From positions 64,001 through 128,000 of the forward strand of contig CAVTBU010000009.1 in the NCBI GenBank assembly GCA_963733035.1: DNA of 64,000 nt, given 5' to 3'. The position numbers and the translations under genes were made by a program. Source of the DNA: Pirellulales bacterium (GTDB taxonomy: Bacteria > Planctomycetota > Planctomycetia > Pirellulales > PALSA-1355). The notes below the pieces were generated by a model. That model was not told the origin of the DNA. It saw only the letters and a list, made by a program, of their open reading frames with translations, and did no database searches. Of this stretch, positions 61,636 through 64,000 are shown one piece after another (position 1 is the first letter of the stretch; every line of letters starts with the position of its first letter).

Positions 61636-64000
61636 ATGCACCACCGCGACTCAGGGACAGGCTTGCGCCGACGAAACAATGAGGGAGGCCGCCAGCGCCG
61701 CTTGCTGATCGAGCTGCTCGAAGAGCGCCGCGTGTTGGACGCAGCGAGCCCCGCCAGCCTGGGGACAGCCGAGCCGGCGGCCAGTCTGGAGAAGCCGTGG
61801 CAAAATGACGTCTACCGATTGGACGTCAACAACGACGGCGTCACCAGTACCAATGATTTGCTCGTCGTGATAAACGCCATTCTGAATGGCAAGACCGGCG
61901 CACTGCCGGTGCCCCCTTCCGAACCGGTCGAATTGTTTTACGACACCAACGGCGACAATCGGCTGACATTCGCCGATTTGCTCGGAATCGTCAACGGGCT
62001 TTTGCAGCCGCCAGTTGTCGAAACGACAACCTTGACGAACTTTACCGTTGATGTCACGCCGCAGGTAACCGTCAAGACCACTGTCGCCGGCACCGGACAA
62101 TTGCCAGACGGAACAACAGTCTTCCTGGACGTCGACCTGAACAACGACGGCGACTTTGCGGATCCAGGGGAAATGGCGCACACCCAATCGACACTCTATC
62201 AGGGACAGTCGGTGTTCTCACTTACGCCGGCGCTCGCGCGGGACAACACCGCGACCTACACCGTGCAGTTGCGGGCGCGGGTGCAGAATAGCAACGGCGT
62301 GTTTGGACGAAGCGACGCTTTGCCTCTGGTAGTCGATACGTTGACTTCCGACGCGCTTGCGAATTATGTCTACTCGCCCGATCCATCGTACGGATACGCG
62401 CCGTTCCCCAGTGAAACGCGGACCACCTTGTTGGGCAGCTATACGTACTACGCCATCGACATGACGAGTCAAACGTGGCGCACAGCGGACGAGGTCAACC
62501 TGCCCGTTTGGCACCATTGGCTCACGATGTATGTGCCCTCTGTTCAGACCTCCAATACGGCCATGTTGTTGATCGACGGCGGTAACAACCAAAACTTTGA
62601 CACACCGCCGGGCGCGATCGACCTGCTCGGCCAGGCGGCGGTCTCCTTGGGCACGGTGGTGGTCCATTTGAGCGACGTGCCCAGCGAACCGCTGGTGTTT
62701 GCCGATGAGACTAGCGGACGGAGCGAAGACGCGATCATCGCCTACTCGTTTGACAAGTTCATGAACAACATCGGTCAGCCTGGGAACGACACCTGGCCGG
62801 TGCTGGTGGCCATGGTAAAGAGCGCTGTGCGGGCGATGGATACCGCCCAGGCCATGGTCCCGTCGTTGACGGATTTTGTTGTCACCGGCTACTCCAAGCG
62901 CGGCTGGACGACATGGCTGACAGCCGCAGTGGATAATCGCGTGCGGGCCATTATCCCAGGCGTGTTCGACAATCTGAACCAGGGGCCACAGATGGTCCAC
63001 CACTACGGTGCGTACGGTTTCTTCTCACCGGCGGTGCAGGACTACAACGACAAGCATATTTTCGATCGCATTATCTCGCCCGCCGGGGAGCTGCTGTCGC
63101 AGATTGTCGATCCGTACCGGTACTTAAACAACGGCCGGTTCGACAACATGCCGAAGTTGCTGATCAACTCCGCAGGCGACGAGTTCTTCAACTCGGACTC
63201 AGCCCAGTTTTACTTCGACGACATTCCCGGCGACCAGAACTACCTGATCTATTTGCCCAACACAGGACACGGCCTGGATATAAACCTGAACGATCCGAAC
63301 TCTTCGGCCAGCCAGGTCGCCAGCAGCACACTGACGTTTGTCAACGCAATCTTGAATAATGATCCGCTTCCCAAGTACTCGTGGACCGTGGGCCAGGACG
63401 GCGCCATCCGTGTTGAAACCGATACCACGCCGCTCGAAGTCAGGTTGTGGCATGCCGACAATCCCGTGGCGCACGACTTCCGACATGCTTACAATCCAGG
63501 CATTTCCTGGACATACGAGACGCTCAATCCAACTGCTCCCGGCGTGTACGTGGGCAACGTGGATATGCCGGACAGCGGCGCGCGGGCGTATTTTGTGCAA
63601 TTGATTTACCCGAATACCAGCGGCAGTGTGATTCCAGTCGTTTCCGATCCATACGTGTTCACGACGGAAATCCGCATCAAGTCAACGTTGCCTCTTTATC
63701 CGTGGCCCTACGAGACGGCCTTTGGCGACGGTGCGCCGCTGACGGCGATTGCCACGGCGCTGGTTACCGAAGCCCCCCTCGCTCCGCTGGAAAACGGAAG
63801 TGTCAATGCCGTGGCAAGCGCGTTGGCGCTGGAACAAGAATCGTTTGACGGGTTGGACGACGAAGCGGACTTGACACTGCCACCACCGGCGGTTGAGCCC
63901 AGTGCATTGAAGTCCGTCGTCAGCTCGTCCGCATCGCCCGTTGAGTTGGGTGGGCCACCTAAACCAAGCATCGCGAAAACCGCCTCCGAGGACTTCTTGG
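61636..64000 (+). CDS. Planctomycete exoprotein: LEERRVL motif + dockerin-like domain + PqaA-family alpha/beta hydrolase (partial, runs off right edge)
   Basis: Hand translation: LIELLEERRVL; WQN...LDVNNDG/YDTNGD; DMTSQTWR..WHHW; VTGYSKRGWTTW; NSAGDEFF; PNTGHGL, all in one frame; not in the ORF track. Confidence 0.88.
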   Translation, partial: MHHRDSGTGLRRRNNEGGRQRRLLIELLEERRVLDAASPASLGTAEPAASLEKPWQNDVYRLDVNNDGVTSTNDLLVVINAILNGKTGALPVPPSEPVELFYDTNGDNRLTFADLLGIVNGLLQPPVVETTTLTNFTVDVTPQVTVKTTVAGTGQLPDGTTVFLDVDLNNDGDFADPGEMAHTQSTLYQGQSVFSLTPALARDNTATYTVQLRARVQNSNGVFGRSDALPLVVDTLTSDALANYVYSPDPSYGYAPFPSETRTTLLGSYTYYAIDMTSQTWRTADEVNLPVWHHWLTMYVPSVQTSNTAMLLIDGGNNQNFDTPPGAIDLLGQAAVSLGTVVVHLSDVPSEPLVFADETSGRSEDAIIAYSFDKFMNNIGQPGNDTWPVLVAMVKSAVRAMDTAQAMVPSLTDFVVTGYSKRGWTTWLTAAVDNRVRAIIPGVFDNLNQGPQMVHHYGAYGFFSPAVQDYNDKHIFDRIISPAGELLSQIVDPYRYLNNGRFDNMPKLLINSAGDEFFNSDSAQFYFDDIPGDQNYLIYLPNTGHGLDINLNDPNSSASQVASSTLTFVNAILNNDPLPKYSWTVGQDGAIRVETDTTPLEVRLWHADNPVAHDFRHAYNPGISWTYETLNPTAPGVYVGNVDMPDSGARAYFVQLIYPNTSGSVIPVVSDPYVFTTEIRIKSTLPLYPWPYETAFGDGAPLTAIATALVTEAPLAPLENGSVNAVASALALEQESFDGLDDEADLTLPPPAVEPSALKSVVSSSASPVELGGPPKPSIAKTASEDFL

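Overview
GC-rich, gene-dense bacterial DNA that is almost certainly from a planctomycete, probably Pirellulales. This is inferred from DUF1501, PSD1/DUF1549-DUF1553, DUF1559, PVC-type haem-binding and LExRRxL-motif exoproteins. I saw no rRNA, tRNA, CRISPR array or intact mobile element. Main blocks: (i) an exported hydrolase/deacetylase/haem-dehydrogenase operon, an orphan Flp pilin with a long Ser/Gly/RGG tail and a di-haem cytochrome c (4.2-11.4 kb); (ii) three tandem PEP-CTERM beta-repeat surface proteins whose bodies are divergent but whose anchor cassettes and spacers are nearly identical in DNA, behind a long structured leader, plus a PEP-CTERM SGNH hydrolase (12.6-22.6 kb); (iii) a large RTX-repeat HExxH exoprotein (26.2-29.6 kb); (iv) an Atu-like acyclic terpenoid acyl-CoA catabolic cluster followed by cyclase, crotonase and penicillin-acylase genes (33.9-50.5 kb); (v) typical planctomycete genes and a dockerin-PqaA fusion that runs off the right edge. 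At least nine small frameshifts split seven otherwise intact genes and most likely reflect long-read consensus errors. Family assignments come from motif recognition only; no database search was run.
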